A stretch of 64,000 bases of DNA, from contig CAZQVA010000004.1 in NCBI GenBank assembly GCA_964596685.1, forward strand, positions 15,004-79,003, in the 5' to 3' direction. This stretch comes from an uncultured bacterium (GTDB taxonomy: Bacteria > Chlamydiota > Chlamydiia > Chlamydiales > VFKH01). Positions 36,735 through 46,351 of the stretch are shown here, piece by piece. Every line of letters begins with the position of its first letter. The stretch's first letter is position 1. The position numbers and the translations under genes were made by a program. A model generated the notes under the pieces. The model worked only from the letters and a program-made list of their open reading frames with translations, was not told the DNA's origin and searched no databases.

Positions 36735-38126
36735 ATGACCAGCACGATCACACGCCATTACGTCGATATCGATACGGATTCGAGGCGTCGCAGAGTTCAT
36801 TATCGCAAGTGCGGCAATGGCGGGCCCACGCTGCTGATGATCCACCAAAGTCCGCGATCTTCAGCGGAATATGAGCCGTTGATGCGCGAATGGTCGCGCC
36901 AGTTCACTTGCATCGCGCCTGATACGCCCGGCTTTGGGCAATCTGATCGGTTGGCCAAACCCGGCCCGGACATCGATGATTATGCCGATGCGCTGGTCGA
37001 ATTCGTCGACACGATGGGAATCGCGGGAACGCTGGCCTATGGCTTTCATTCTGGCGGCATTATTCTGGTGACCGCGCTGCGGCGGCACCCGGATCGGTTT
37101 CGGGCGCTCGCCATTGGTGGCTATGCGATCTGGACGCCAGAGGAAGTTGCCCTGTTCGGCCAGAACTATCTGCCCCATTTCCTGCCGTCGGCCTATGGGG
37201 AGCACCTCACCTGGCTGTGGAATCGGATGCTGGAGCAGACCTGGTTTTTCCCGTGGTTCGATACGCGGCCCCAGACGCGCATGTCCGTTGCCCATGACGA
37301 TCCGGTCCGGGTCCACGGGGGGGTGATCGACATGCTTGATGCGGGCAATGCTTACCGCGACGGATATGGCGCGGTCATCAACGCGCCGCGCGACATTCCG
37401 GCAGCGGATGCCGTGGTGCCGCCGTGCCTGATTACGGCATACAATGGAGATCCGCTTCAGGCGCATATCGACCGGCTGGGGGCGCTGCCGGCCAACTGGG
37501 AGGCCCGCAAGGTGGTGACACCGGCCGACCATCAGATCGCCAGCGCGGAATTTCTGCTGAGCCAGGGCGGCATCACCGCTGCGGAATTTCCGGAAGTCGA
37601 TGATGCAGGTTTCGTGGCGGTGAAGACGGATGCGTTTGACGGTCTGATCCACTGGTCTGGCAAGACTGGTTCAGGGCGGTTGACGATCCACGCCCCCGCG
37701 CGTTCGGTGGCGCAGGTCGACACTTCTGCCTCGCTGGCGATCGACCTGCCGGGGCATGGCCTGTCACACGGGTGGATCGGGGATGCGCCGACCGATTGGT
37801 CCCCCTGGCAGGAAGTGATCGACGTTGCGGCAACCCGACTTAGCGCTACGTCCCTCTCGTTCGAGCCGTTGCCGGTTGGTGAAGGCGATCAGCTGTATCC
37901 CGACCTTTCGCCTGATCGCCACGGCGCATACCTTACGCGGGCATGGAACATCGTTCGGGCCGAACGCTTCTTCGCCCCCTGGTATGTCGCCAGTTCCGAC
38001 ACCGCGATTCCCTTTGAGGTCGATGCCGTGTCTCCAGGGGCGCTGGCATCTGCCCATCTTGCCCGCCTTCGGGGCGTATCGGCACGTGCGTGCCATCAGG
38101 CTCGGCAGGCTGCCGACATTCTGTAA
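36735..38126 (+). CDS. Alpha/beta-hydrolase fold protein with a ~200-aa C-terminal extension
   Basis: PTLLMIHQSPRSS...PDTPGFGQSD...AYGFHSGG is the alpha/beta hydrolase pattern. An alternative ATG exists at 36720. The C-terminal part contains a second DLPGHGLS motif. Confidence 0.75.
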   Translation: MTSTITRHYVDIDTDSRRRRVHYRKCGNGGPTLLMIHQSPRSSAEYEPLMREWSRQFTCIAPDTPGFGQSDRLAKPGPDIDDYADALVEFVDTMGIAGTLAYGFHSGGIILVTALRRHPDRFRALAIGGYAIWTPEEVALFGQNYLPHFLPSAYGEHLTWLWNRMLEQTWFFPWFDTRPQTRMSVAHDDPVRVHGGVIDMLDAGNAYRDGYGAVINAPRDIPAADAVVPPCLITAYNGDPLQAHIDRLGALPANWEARKVVTPADHQIASAEFLLSQGGITAAEFPEVDDAGFVAVKTDAFDGLIHWSGKTGSGRLTIHAPARSVAQVDTSASLAIDLPGHGLSHGWIGDAPTDWSPWQEVIDVAATRLSATSLSFEPLPVGEGDQLYPDLSPDRHGAYLTRAWNIVRAERFFAPWYVASSDTAIPFEVDAVSPGALASAHLARLRGVSARACHQARQAADIL

Positions 38127-38144
38127 CCAAGGAGTTCCTCTGTC

Positions 38145-38660
38145 ATGACCGACACACTCGTCGACATTCGTTCGGCCATGCCGCTGCTGGCGCGCCATGA
38201 AGGCGTCTGGGACGGCGTTTACAGCTACTTCAATGCCCGCAACGAAAAAGTGGACGAACACGCCAGCCGCCTGATCTGCCGTTTCCCCGATGGCGGCCCG
38301 TTTCCCTATCATCAGACCAATCATTACACCTGGGCCGACGGACGCCGTGAATCGCGGGATTTCCCGGCGCTTTACCGCGATGGCCGCGTCTGGTGGGACA
38401 ACGACCTGATCAAGGGCTGGGCAGCGGAAGTCCCGCTCGACGAATACAACCGCACCGTCATGCTGTACTGGCAGCGCACGGGCGACCCTTCGCTGTACCT
38501 CTATGAGCAGATCCAGATTTCCGACGACGGTCAGCACCGTTGCCGCACCTGGCACTGGATTCGCAATGGCCAGCTCGAAACGCGCACTGCGATCAACGAA
38601 ACGTTCGTGACTCGCGATTGGCGTGCGATCGACGCCGAGATGGAGGCCGCCGCTGTCTGA
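38145..38660 (+). CDS. Hypothetical protein (171 aa)
   Basis: ORF in an operon context, Trp/Tyr-rich. No motif recognised. Confidence 0.6.
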   Translation: MTDTLVDIRSAMPLLARHEGVWDGVYSYFNARNEKVDEHASRLICRFPDGGPFPYHQTNHYTWADGRRESRDFPALYRDGRVWWDNDLIKGWAAEVPLDEYNRTVMLYWQRTGDPSLYLYEQIQISDDGQHRCRTWHWIRNGQLETRTAINETFVTRDWRAIDAEMEAAAV

Positions 38661-40032
38661 ACCGCTGCCCCTGTTCGACAGGATCTGGCGATCCCATGTC
38701 GTCGCCTCGCTTGAGGGCGGAGCCGACCTGGTAGCCATCGACCGGATTTTCCTGCACGAACGCACCGGGGCCGCCGCGCTCAACGCGCTGGCCGCCGCCG
38801 GGCGCAAGGTGGCCGATCCGGCGCGCGTCTTCGCTGTGACGGACCACATCGTTGATACTCGTCCGGGGCGCACCGACCAAACGCTGATGCCCGGCGGTCA
38901 GGCGTTCATTGCAGAAACACGAGCTGCCACGCAGGCTGCCAGAATCCGTCTGTTCGACGTCAATGATCCGGATCAGGGCATCGTTCACGTCATTTCCCCC
39001 GAACTGGGCATTGTCCTGCCCGGGGCCACCCTGATCGCCCCCGATAGCCACACCTGCACGCAGGGGGCATTCGGTGCGCTGGCATGGGGGATTGGTTCTT
39101 CGGAAGCGGAACACGCGATGGCCACCGGCACGCTCCGCCTCAAAAAACCCGGCACGATGCGCGTCACCTTTTCCGGAACGCTGCCCGCCCTGGTGACACC
39201 CAAGGACATGGCACTGGCGTTGATCGCCCGTTACGGCGCGGGTGGCGGTGCAGGTCATGCAGTGGAATTCGCCGGCGATGCGGTGCGCGCTCTTGGCATG
39301 GAAGGGCGCATGACGCTTTGCAACATGGCCACAGAGTTTTCGGCCATGACAGGCATGATCGTGCCGGATGAAAAGACCTTTGCATGGCTGGAAGGGCGCC
39401 GGTACGCGCCTGCGGGCCCGGCCTGGGATGCAGCGCTGGCCCATTGGCGCACACTGATCAGCGACGCAGGGGCGAGGTTCGATCGGGAAATCGAAATCGA
39501 CGCGGGCACCCTTGCACCAATGATCAGTTGGGGAACCAGCCCTGAGCACGCGGTCGGGATTGACCAGTGCGTCCCCGAAGACGCGCCGCAGCGGGCGCTG
39601 GACTATATCGGACTGGAAAAAGGGACCTCTCTGAGGGGTATCCGGATCGACGCGGCTTTTATCGGCAGTTGCACCAACAGCCGGCTCTCCGATCTGCGCC
39701 AGGCTGCTGCGCTGCTGCGCGGGAAGCGCGTGGCTGATGGGGTAAAAGCGATCTGCGTGCCCGGTTCGTCGCGCGTCAAGCGCGAGGCCGAGGCAGAAGG
39801 GCTGGACCGGGTATTCGTTGAAGCCGGGTTCGAATGGCGCGAAAGCGGCTGTTCGATGTGCTTTTATGCCGGTGGCGAAAGCTTTGGGCATGGTGCGCGG
39901 GTGGCTTCCACCACCAACCGGAATTTCGAAAGCCGGCAAGGGCCGAATGTCAAAACCCACATCGCCAGTCCAGCAACGGTGGCGGCCAGTGCGCTGGCAG
40001 GGTGCCTGGCCGACCCGCGGGAGATTACCTGA
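38623..40032 (+). CDS. Aconitase-family dehydratase large subunit (LeuC-like)
   Basis: LFDRIWRSHVV..., IAPDSHTCTQGAFGALAWGIGSSE, GSCTNSRLSDL and CSMC are LeuC/aconitase Fe-S ligand motifs. The start is uncertain, as the ATG at 38623 overlaps the previous gene by 38 nt. Confidence 0.88.
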   Translation: MRSTPRWRPPLSEPLPLFDRIWRSHVVASLEGGADLVAIDRIFLHERTGAAALNALAAAGRKVADPARVFAVTDHIVDTRPGRTDQTLMPGGQAFIAETRAATQAARIRLFDVNDPDQGIVHVISPELGIVLPGATLIAPDSHTCTQGAFGALAWGIGSSEAEHAMATGTLRLKKPGTMRVTFSGTLPALVTPKDMALALIARYGAGGGAGHAVEFAGDAVRALGMEGRMTLCNMATEFSAMTGMIVPDEKTFAWLEGRRYAPAGPAWDAALAHWRTLISDAGARFDREIEIDAGTLAPMISWGTSPEHAVGIDQCVPEDAPQRALDYIGLEKGTSLRGIRIDAAFIGSCTNSRLSDLRQAAALLRGKRVADGVKAICVPGSSRVKREAEAEGLDRVFVEAGFEWRESGCSMCFYAGGESFGHGARVASTTNRNFESRQGPNVKTHIASPATVAASALAGCLADPREIT

Positions 40033-40649
40033 TGGCACAGCCGCTTTCACAAATCACCTCGCTGCCGCTGCCACTGCTGCGCGATAACGTCGATACCGAC
40101 CAGATCATCCCATCGCGCGAAATGAAGAGTACCGGCAAGACCGGTCTGGCAGGCGGCCTGTTTGCGGGCTGGCGCTATATCGGCACGTCGGGCCGCGAGC
40201 CCGATCCGGCCTTTGTGCTCAACAATCCCCGTTACGCGCAAAGTGAAGTCATCCTGGCCGGGCGTAATTTTGGTTGCGGATCAAGCCGTGAGCATGCGGT
40301 CTGGGCCCTCGCGGAATTTGGTTTTCGGGCCATTCTGGCGGAGAGTTTCGCCCCGATCTTTGCCGGCAACTGCGTGCGTAACGGAATCGTTCCGATCGTG
40401 CTGGAAGCAGACGCCATAGCCGCCATTTCGGTCAGGGATGCTCCCGTGACCATCCGGCTTGACGAGCAGGACGTTACGTCGGCCGATGGACAGCGCTGGA
40501 CTTTCGCCATCGATGCGGAAGCGAAGGCCATGCTGCGTCATGGTCTGGATGCCATCGACCTGACCTTGCAGCAGGCGCAACGAATTGCCGAATGGCAGGG
40601 CTGTGACCGCGCAGCACGCCCCTGGATTTACCTGGAGGAAACCGCATGA
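40032..40649 (+). CDS. Aconitase-family dehydratase small subunit (LeuD-like)
   Basis: DNVDTDQIIP..., ILAGRNFGCGSSREHAVWAL and FAPIFAGNCVRNG are LeuD swivel-domain motifs. TGATG overlap with the large subunit. Confidence 0.88.
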   Translation: MAQPLSQITSLPLPLLRDNVDTDQIIPSREMKSTGKTGLAGGLFAGWRYIGTSGREPDPAFVLNNPRYAQSEVILAGRNFGCGSSREHAVWALAEFGFRAILAESFAPIFAGNCVRNGIVPIVLEADAIAAISVRDAPVTIRLDEQDVTSADGQRWTFAIDAEAKAMLRHGLDAIDLTLQQAQRIAEWQGCDRAARPWIYLEETA

Positions 40650-41578
40650 CTCAGCATATCCGGATTAGCGAAGTCGGACTGCGCGACGGGTTGCAAAGCA
40701 TCGATCGCGTCATGCCGACCGAGGCCAAGAAGGCCTGGATCCTGGCCGAGGTCGCCGCTGGCGTGACCGAGATGGAAGTGGGCAGTTTCGTGCCGCCCAG
40801 CCTGCTGCCACAGATGGCGGATACGGCTGAAATCATCGCGTTCGCCAAGACGGTGCCGGGGCTGGAGGTGGTTGCGCTGGTTCCCAACCTCAAAGGCGCG
40901 GAACGGGCTATCGCGGCCGGGGTGGACAAGATGTCCATCCCGTTCTCGATGTCGGAATCGCACAGTCTCAAAAATGTGCGCAAGACTCACGCGGAAATGC
41001 TGGACCAGATCGCTGCTATCGCGGCGCTGGTTGCTGCCCAGCCTGAGGGCCGCCGCCCGCACTTCGAGGTAGGGCTGTCCACGGCATTCGGTTGCACGAT
41101 CGAAGGCCCGGTGCCGGAAAACCAGGTCGTTCATCTGGCAGAACAGTCGATCGCGGCGGGCGTGGCCGAAGTCTGCCTTTCGGACACCACGGGCTATGCC
41201 AACCCGACGCAGGTCCGGCGGCTGGTGCGCGCGGTGAAGGGTGCAATCGGCGCGGACCGGTTGAATACGCTGCATCTCCACAACACCCGCGGACTTGGCT
41301 TGGCCAACGTGCTGGCAGGGCTGGAGGAAGGGATCACGACGTTCGATTCGTCGATGGGCGGGATCGGCGGTTGCCCATTTGCGCCAGGCGCATCGGGCAA
41401 CATCGTGACCGAAGATCTGGTGTTCATGCTGGAAGCGATGGGGCTGCACACCGGGATCGATATCGCAGGTCTGGCCGCCGTGCGCCGGATCATCGCGGAC
41501 GCCCTGCCGGGTGAGCCGCTTTATGGGTTCATTCCCGACGCTGGGGTGCCTTTGGGTTTTGAAAGGATCGCTGAATGA
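40646..41578 (+). CDS. HMG-CoA lyase-like (HMGL family) carbon-carbon lyase
   Basis: ISEVGLRDGLQS..., LHLHNTRGLGLANVLAGLEEG and FDSSMGGIGGCPFAPGASGN are DRE-TIM lyase motifs. Confidence 0.88.
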   Translation: MTQHIRISEVGLRDGLQSIDRVMPTEAKKAWILAEVAAGVTEMEVGSFVPPSLLPQMADTAEIIAFAKTVPGLEVVALVPNLKGAERAIAAGVDKMSIPFSMSESHSLKNVRKTHAEMLDQIAAIAALVAAQPEGRRPHFEVGLSTAFGCTIEGPVPENQVVHLAEQSIAAGVAEVCLSDTTGYANPTQVRRLVRAVKGAIGADRLNTLHLHNTRGLGLANVLAGLEEGITTFDSSMGGIGGCPFAPGASGNIVTEDLVFMLEAMGLHTGIDIAGLAAVRRIIADALPGEPLYGFIPDAGVPLGFERIAE

Positions 41579-42762
41579 CGTCCACCGCTGATGTCCCCAT
41601 GCCGCTCAAGGGCATCCGGGTTATCGAGTTTACCCATATGGTCATGGGGCCGGCCGTCGGCGCGATGCTGGCGTCGCTTGGTGCGGATGTGGTCCGCGTG
41701 GAACCGGTCGGCGGCGACAACACGCGCCGTCTTCTTGGGTCTGGCGCAGGTTATTTCCCGATGTACAACCGGCACAAGCAGTCGATCTGCCTCGATCTCA
41801 AAAGCGAAGCAGGCCTGGGCGTGGCCCGCGACCTCGCCGCCGACGCCGACGTCTTGATCGAAAATTTCAGGCCTGGCGCACTCGACCGCCTTGGCCTGGG
41901 ATATGAAGCCCTGTCCAAGGTCAATCCGCGGCTGATCTATTGTTCGGAAAAAGGCTTTCTGCCGGGACCGTACGAAAATCGTACCGCGTTGGACGAAGTG
42001 GCGCAGATGATGGGCGGTCTGGCCTATATGACCGGACCTCCGGGCCGTCCGCTGCGCGCTGGGGCCAGCGTGATCGATGTCACCGGCGGCATGTTCGGGG
42101 TAATCGCGATTCTTGCAGCGATCAACGAGCGCCACACAACCGGACACGGGCAGTTTGTACAAAGTGCTCTGTTCGAAACCACGATCTACCTGATCGGTCA
42201 GCACATGGCCCAGAAGGCCGTGACCGGGAAAGCCGCGGACCCGATGCCGGCGCGCATTTCGGCCTGGGCAATCTATGACGTGTTCGAAACGCGCGACGAC
42301 CCGATCTTCATCGGGGTCGTGACCGATGGCTTGTGGGAAAAGTTCTGCAAGCTGTTCGGTTTGAACGATCTGTGGTCGGATGAAAGCATCCGCATCAACA
42401 ATGCCCGCGTCCAGGCGCGTGACCGGATACTGCCGCGTATTCGTGAACTGATCGCCGGTTTTACCCGCGCCGAGCTGATCGACCGGCTGGAAGGCACGGG
42501 GCTGCCTTTTGCTCCTATCGGGCGCCCGCAGGACATGTTTGACGATCCGCACCTGCTGGCTAGCGGCGGGCTTGAACCAGTCAGGCTGCCCGACGGCACC
42601 CAGACCGCGCTTCCGGCCTTGCCGATCATGATGAACGGACGCCGGCCCAGCACCGCATCGACACTGTCCGAACCCGGCGCCGATAGCCGCATGGTGCTGG
42701 CGGGACTGGGGTACGCGCCGGAACGGATCGAAGCGTTACTGGCTGCAGGGTCGGTGGGCTGA
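41575..42762 (+). CDS. Family III CoA-transferase (CaiB/BaiF)
   Basis: LKGIRVIEFTHMVMGPAVGAMLASLGADVVRVEP..., ENFRPGALDRLGLGYE and the D in VIDVTGG are typical of CaiB/BaiF. Confidence 0.9.
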   Translation: MTSTADVPMPLKGIRVIEFTHMVMGPAVGAMLASLGADVVRVEPVGGDNTRRLLGSGAGYFPMYNRHKQSICLDLKSEAGLGVARDLAADADVLIENFRPGALDRLGLGYEALSKVNPRLIYCSEKGFLPGPYENRTALDEVAQMMGGLAYMTGPPGRPLRAGASVIDVTGGMFGVIAILAAINERHTTGHGQFVQSALFETTIYLIGQHMAQKAVTGKAADPMPARISAWAIYDVFETRDDPIFIGVVTDGLWEKFCKLFGLNDLWSDESIRINNARVQARDRILPRIRELIAGFTRAELIDRLEGTGLPFAPIGRPQDMFDDPHLLASGGLEPVRLPDGTQTALPALPIMMNGRRPSTASTLSEPGADSRMVLAGLGYAPERIEALLAAGSVG

Positions 42763-42848
42763 TTCAGGGGCGTCGATACGTCATGAACTGATCCTGCGGT
42801 GCCCCCTTCGGCAGTAGGCTTCGCGGATTCCATAAGGGAGAATAGGCT

Positions 42849-43688
42849 ATGTTCTGGAAATCTACTCAAGCGGCGCTGGCGCTTTTCGCCTTGCTGCCGA
42901 TGACGCCCGCGCTGGCCGCCGACAAGCCGGCTTCCGCTTCACGGGATGCGGCGACTCCGGAATTCCGGGCTTGGGTTGATGCGCGGGCCGGAACGGGGCA
43001 GCCTGTGCACTGGGTTGCCGAGGGTGGGGTCTATGAATACCCATCCGGTCGCAAGCTGTTTGGGATGGTGGGGTTTGACAGCAGTCGCGTGATCTGGCCC
43101 GCCAAGGCTGGCGAGCCTGTTTTTCACCTTACGCGCAAGACATTCGCCTATACGGATCCCCAGACCGGAGAGATTCTGCGCGAATTCAACGGGCAGCCGG
43201 TTACGCCGATCGCGTATCCTTATCAGATGATCTCCTATCGCCAGGAAGGCGATCAAATCTTTGCCGATGTCGAACAGGGGGCCGGCAAGGATGTGCGTAC
43301 CATCAGGGCCCGCGATGGCATCCGCTATCGTTGGCTGGGCAAGGATACGCTGGCGGTCACCGCTCCCATCTTTCTTGATTTTCCGCTGCCCGGTGGCGCG
43401 CTGTACGAAGCTTGGGAAAACTACGATTTCTTCCTCCACCGTGCCGGAAAGCTGGATGAACCCTATCAGATGAGCTGGCAGCGCTTTGGCGCATTGCCTG
43501 CGTGGGCTGGCAAGGGCAAGGCAATCTACCATCTGGTTTCGTGGCGGGTTGAGAGCGAGAAGGAATTTCCGGCGCCGTTGCTGGCGTGGGCCAGGGAAAG
43601 CATGTCGCTGTGGCTGAAGCCGCCAGCCGATGTCGCGGAAGTGCGTCGTTTGCAGAAGGGCGACGCGGGCGAAGCTTGGGCGAAGTGA
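42849..43688 (+). CDS. Secreted hypothetical protein (possibly DUF1838-like)
   Basis: N-terminal Sec signal MFWKSTQAALALFALLPMTPALAADKP. About 250-aa mature part with no motif recognised. Confidence 0.65.
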   Translation: MFWKSTQAALALFALLPMTPALAADKPASASRDAATPEFRAWVDARAGTGQPVHWVAEGGVYEYPSGRKLFGMVGFDSSRVIWPAKAGEPVFHLTRKTFAYTDPQTGEILREFNGQPVTPIAYPYQMISYRQEGDQIFADVEQGAGKDVRTIRARDGIRYRWLGKDTLAVTAPIFLDFPLPGGALYEAWENYDFFLHRAGKLDEPYQMSWQRFGALPAWAGKGKAIYHLVSWRVESEKEFPAPLLAWARESMSLWLKPPADVAEVRRLQKGDAGEAWAK

Positions 43689-43737
43689 TCTTTGCTACGG
43701 CCCAGGTTCAATCCCTTTGCATGCGGGAGCTGCTTTC

Positions 43738-44397
43738 ATGACTGTCTGGATTCTTGTCTTACACATCGCGGTTCTGGGCTACTGGCTTGGCTCCGAACTG
43801 GTGATCAATTCGACTTATCGTTACGTCAGCTATGCCGGATCCATGCCCTTTAATGAGCGGCAGCGGTTGATGGACCATGTCATGATCGTTGATCAGCATG
43901 TGCGTTATGCACTCGTCCTGCAGGCAATGCTGGGGACGATGCTGGCCGCCTCCTATGGACTTGTGCCGGGCGGGGAAACGGTGGCGAATATCGCTCTGGC
44001 CATCGGCATCGCCTGGTTGGCCTTCGTCGAGGCGGTGCATCGACTGCACCACAGTGCGATCGGCCAGGTCCTGGCCGCAATCGACCGGGCATCGCGATAC
44101 GTGCTGATCATCATTCTGCTGGCGTTGGCGACCGGTATTGTCGGCAGTGAGTGGAGTATGCCGCTCTGGCTGCGGTTGAAGCTGGGCCTGTTCGCAGGGG
44201 TGATCTCTTGCGGGGTTGGCATCCGCTTTGCGCTGATCGCGCATTTCCGCACCTGGGCCGTAATGGCCCGCGATGGCGTCACGCCTGAACGCAACGCGGT
44301 GATCGAACGGACTTATGTTCGGGCAACTTCGGTGCTGGTTCTGCTATGGGTGTTCATCGCGGCGATCGTCGTGGTGAGCGTGGTCAAGCCTGTATGA
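43738..44397 (+). CDS. Integral membrane protein of unknown function (paralog family, copy 2, divergent)
   Basis: MTVWILVLHIAVLGYWLGSELV... at the start and ...IAAIVVVSVVKPV at the end. Same length, topology and termini as copies 1 and 3. ATG at 43738 preceded by GGGAGC. Confidence 0.7.
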   Translation: MTVWILVLHIAVLGYWLGSELVINSTYRYVSYAGSMPFNERQRLMDHVMIVDQHVRYALVLQAMLGTMLAASYGLVPGGETVANIALAIGIAWLAFVEAVHRLHHSAIGQVLAAIDRASRYVLIIILLALATGIVGSEWSMPLWLRLKLGLFAGVISCGVGIRFALIAHFRTWAVMARDGVTPERNAVIERTYVRATSVLVLLWVFIAAIVVVSVVKPV

Positions 44398-45983
44398 CCC
44401 AGCCGGACCGGGTCTTGCTGATCGCCAGCCTGCGTCAGCGGTACGGTAACGAGGCCGTGCTGACTGATCCGGTCCGGCTGGCAGCGGCCAGCCATGATGT
44501 CTATGCATCGGGCGTCGCGCCAATTGCCATTCTGGTTCCGAAAGATGCGGCCGATTTGGGGGTGGCGATTGCCGAGATCACAGCGCATGGGCTGGCCGTG
44601 GTCCCACGTGGCGGCGGGCTGAGCTATACCGCAGGTTATGTCAGGCAAGCGGGTGAGGCCGTGCTTGTCGACTTGTCCAGGCTGGACCGGATTCTGGTGA
44701 TCGACCCAGTCAACATGACCGTGACGGTAGAGGCAGGCGCGACGTGGAAAGCGATCCACGCCGCTCTTGCTGAGTATGACCTTCGACTTCCCTTCTTCGG
44801 CACTTTCTCAGGCGCCGGCGCGACCGTCGGTGGTGGATTGTCGCATGGTGCCCTGTTCTTCGGGTCGGCACGGTATGGAACGGTTGCCGATATTGTTCTG
44901 TCGATGGACGTCGTGCTGGCCGATGGCAGTACCATGCGCACCGGGCAGGCCGCACTTCAGGCACCTTGCCATCCGGTGTTTCGTGGTCTTGGCCCTGATC
45001 TGACTGGGCTGTTCCTGCACGATGGAGGCGCCTTCGGGATCAAGACGAAAGCTCACCTTCGCGTGATACGCCGTCCGGCCCATACGGGGTATGCCAGTTT
45101 TGCCTTTAGGCGGATTGTCGATGCCGTGGATGCGCTTTGTGCCATCCAGCGCGAAGGGCTGATCGAAGACGGATACATCATGGATCCGGGCGCGACCGAT
45201 CATCTCGATGTGGATGCGGCGGCCGTGGCCCGGTCCGTGCGGGCCGTGTCGCGCAATTCGGGCGGCGTGCTGGGGGCGGCGAAATCTTTGCTGGCCATGT
45301 CGCGCGGTGGACTGGATGTGATCCCGCAAGGGCACTTTTCACTGCATCTGGTTTGCGCTGAGCGCACCCGGTCCGGGCTGAACGAAGCCTTGGCCAATTG
45401 CGCCAGAATCGCGCATTCGCATGACGGACGCCGAGTTGCTCCGACAATCCCGATGGTTGCGCGAGCAGACCCCTTCCCCGGCCTGAACGGCGTGTTGGGG
45501 CCGGGCGGCGGGCGCTGGGCCGCTCTCAACGCGAAAGTGGCGCTTGGCGAAGCACATCGGGTCGTTGCGGCTTTTGACCAGATGATTGCGGCAATGACCA
45601 GTGAAATGAAGCGTCACGGTGTGCGTGTAACGCGTCTGGCGTCAGCACTCTCCACTCCGTGTTTCAGTTTCGAAGGCGTATTCCACTGGAGCGACAGTTG
45701 GCTGCCGCTGCATCGAAGTGCCCCGGACGCTGCGGCTCTAGCACGTTTGGACGAACCCGCGCCAAATCCTGCGGCAAGGGAACTCGTCGCGCGGTTGCGG
45801 GCGATGACGGTGGACCTGTTTCGCGCGCACGGTGCGGCATCGAACCAGATTGGACGAACCTATCCGTTCATGCCTGTGTTGCGGGATGAGCCGGCTGACT
45901 TGTTGCGGGCGATCAAGCTGGCAGTCGATCCGCACAACCTGATGAACCCAGGCGTTCTGGGTTTTCCCTGTTCGTCCCGATGA
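44394..45983 (+). CDS. FAD-binding (FAD_binding_4/GlcD-like) oxidoreductase
   Basis: The ATG overlaps the upstream stop (ATGA). VVPRGGGLSYTAG and the following PCMH-type FAD-binding domain pattern are present. Confidence 0.82.
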   Translation: MTQPDRVLLIASLRQRYGNEAVLTDPVRLAAASHDVYASGVAPIAILVPKDAADLGVAIAEITAHGLAVVPRGGGLSYTAGYVRQAGEAVLVDLSRLDRILVIDPVNMTVTVEAGATWKAIHAALAEYDLRLPFFGTFSGAGATVGGGLSHGALFFGSARYGTVADIVLSMDVVLADGSTMRTGQAALQAPCHPVFRGLGPDLTGLFLHDGGAFGIKTKAHLRVIRRPAHTGYASFAFRRIVDAVDALCAIQREGLIEDGYIMDPGATDHLDVDAAAVARSVRAVSRNSGGVLGAAKSLLAMSRGGLDVIPQGHFSLHLVCAERTRSGLNEALANCARIAHSHDGRRVAPTIPMVARADPFPGLNGVLGPGGGRWAALNAKVALGEAHRVVAAFDQMIAAMTSEMKRHGVRVTRLASALSTPCFSFEGVFHWSDSWLPLHRSAPDAAALARLDEPAPNPAARELVARLRAMTVDLFRAHGAASNQIGRTYPFMPVLRDEPADLLRAIKLAVDPHNLMNPGVLGFPCSSR

Positions 45984-46019
45984 AGCGGTCGTCCTCGATT
46001 TCAACCACCAGGAGTTATC

Positions 46020-46325
46020 ATGTCTGAATTCTTTGCGATCGTTTGCCGTGACAAGGCCGACACGAAGCCGACCCGCATGGCCGGGTTGAAGGAGCATCTG
46101 GCTCACCTTGACGAAGTGTTCGACCGGGTTGCGCTGGCTTGCCCGCTCCACGGCGAGGATGGCGGTTTCGTCGGTTCGCTGGTAATTGTCAGCGCGTCCG
46201 ACCGGGCCGATGCACAGGCCTTCATCGAAGCAGACCCCTATTACAAAGCGGGTATCTGGGACACGGTGGAGATCAGCCGGATCGGCGTCAAAGCTGGCAG
46301 TTGGGTGGGCGGCAAGCCCTGGTAA
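46020..46325 (+). CDS. YciI-like protein
   Basis: 101 aa with H...FD...G.L.I...SDRADAQAFIEADPYYKAGIWDTVEI, typical of YciI/dimeric alpha-beta barrel proteins. Confidence 0.75.
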   Translation: MSEFFAIVCRDKADTKPTRMAGLKEHLAHLDEVFDRVALACPLHGEDGGFVGSLVIVSASDRADAQAFIEADPYYKAGIWDTVEISRIGVKAGSWVGGKPW

Positions 46326-46351
46326 GGAATTGATCTGGGCAGCAGCCGGGC

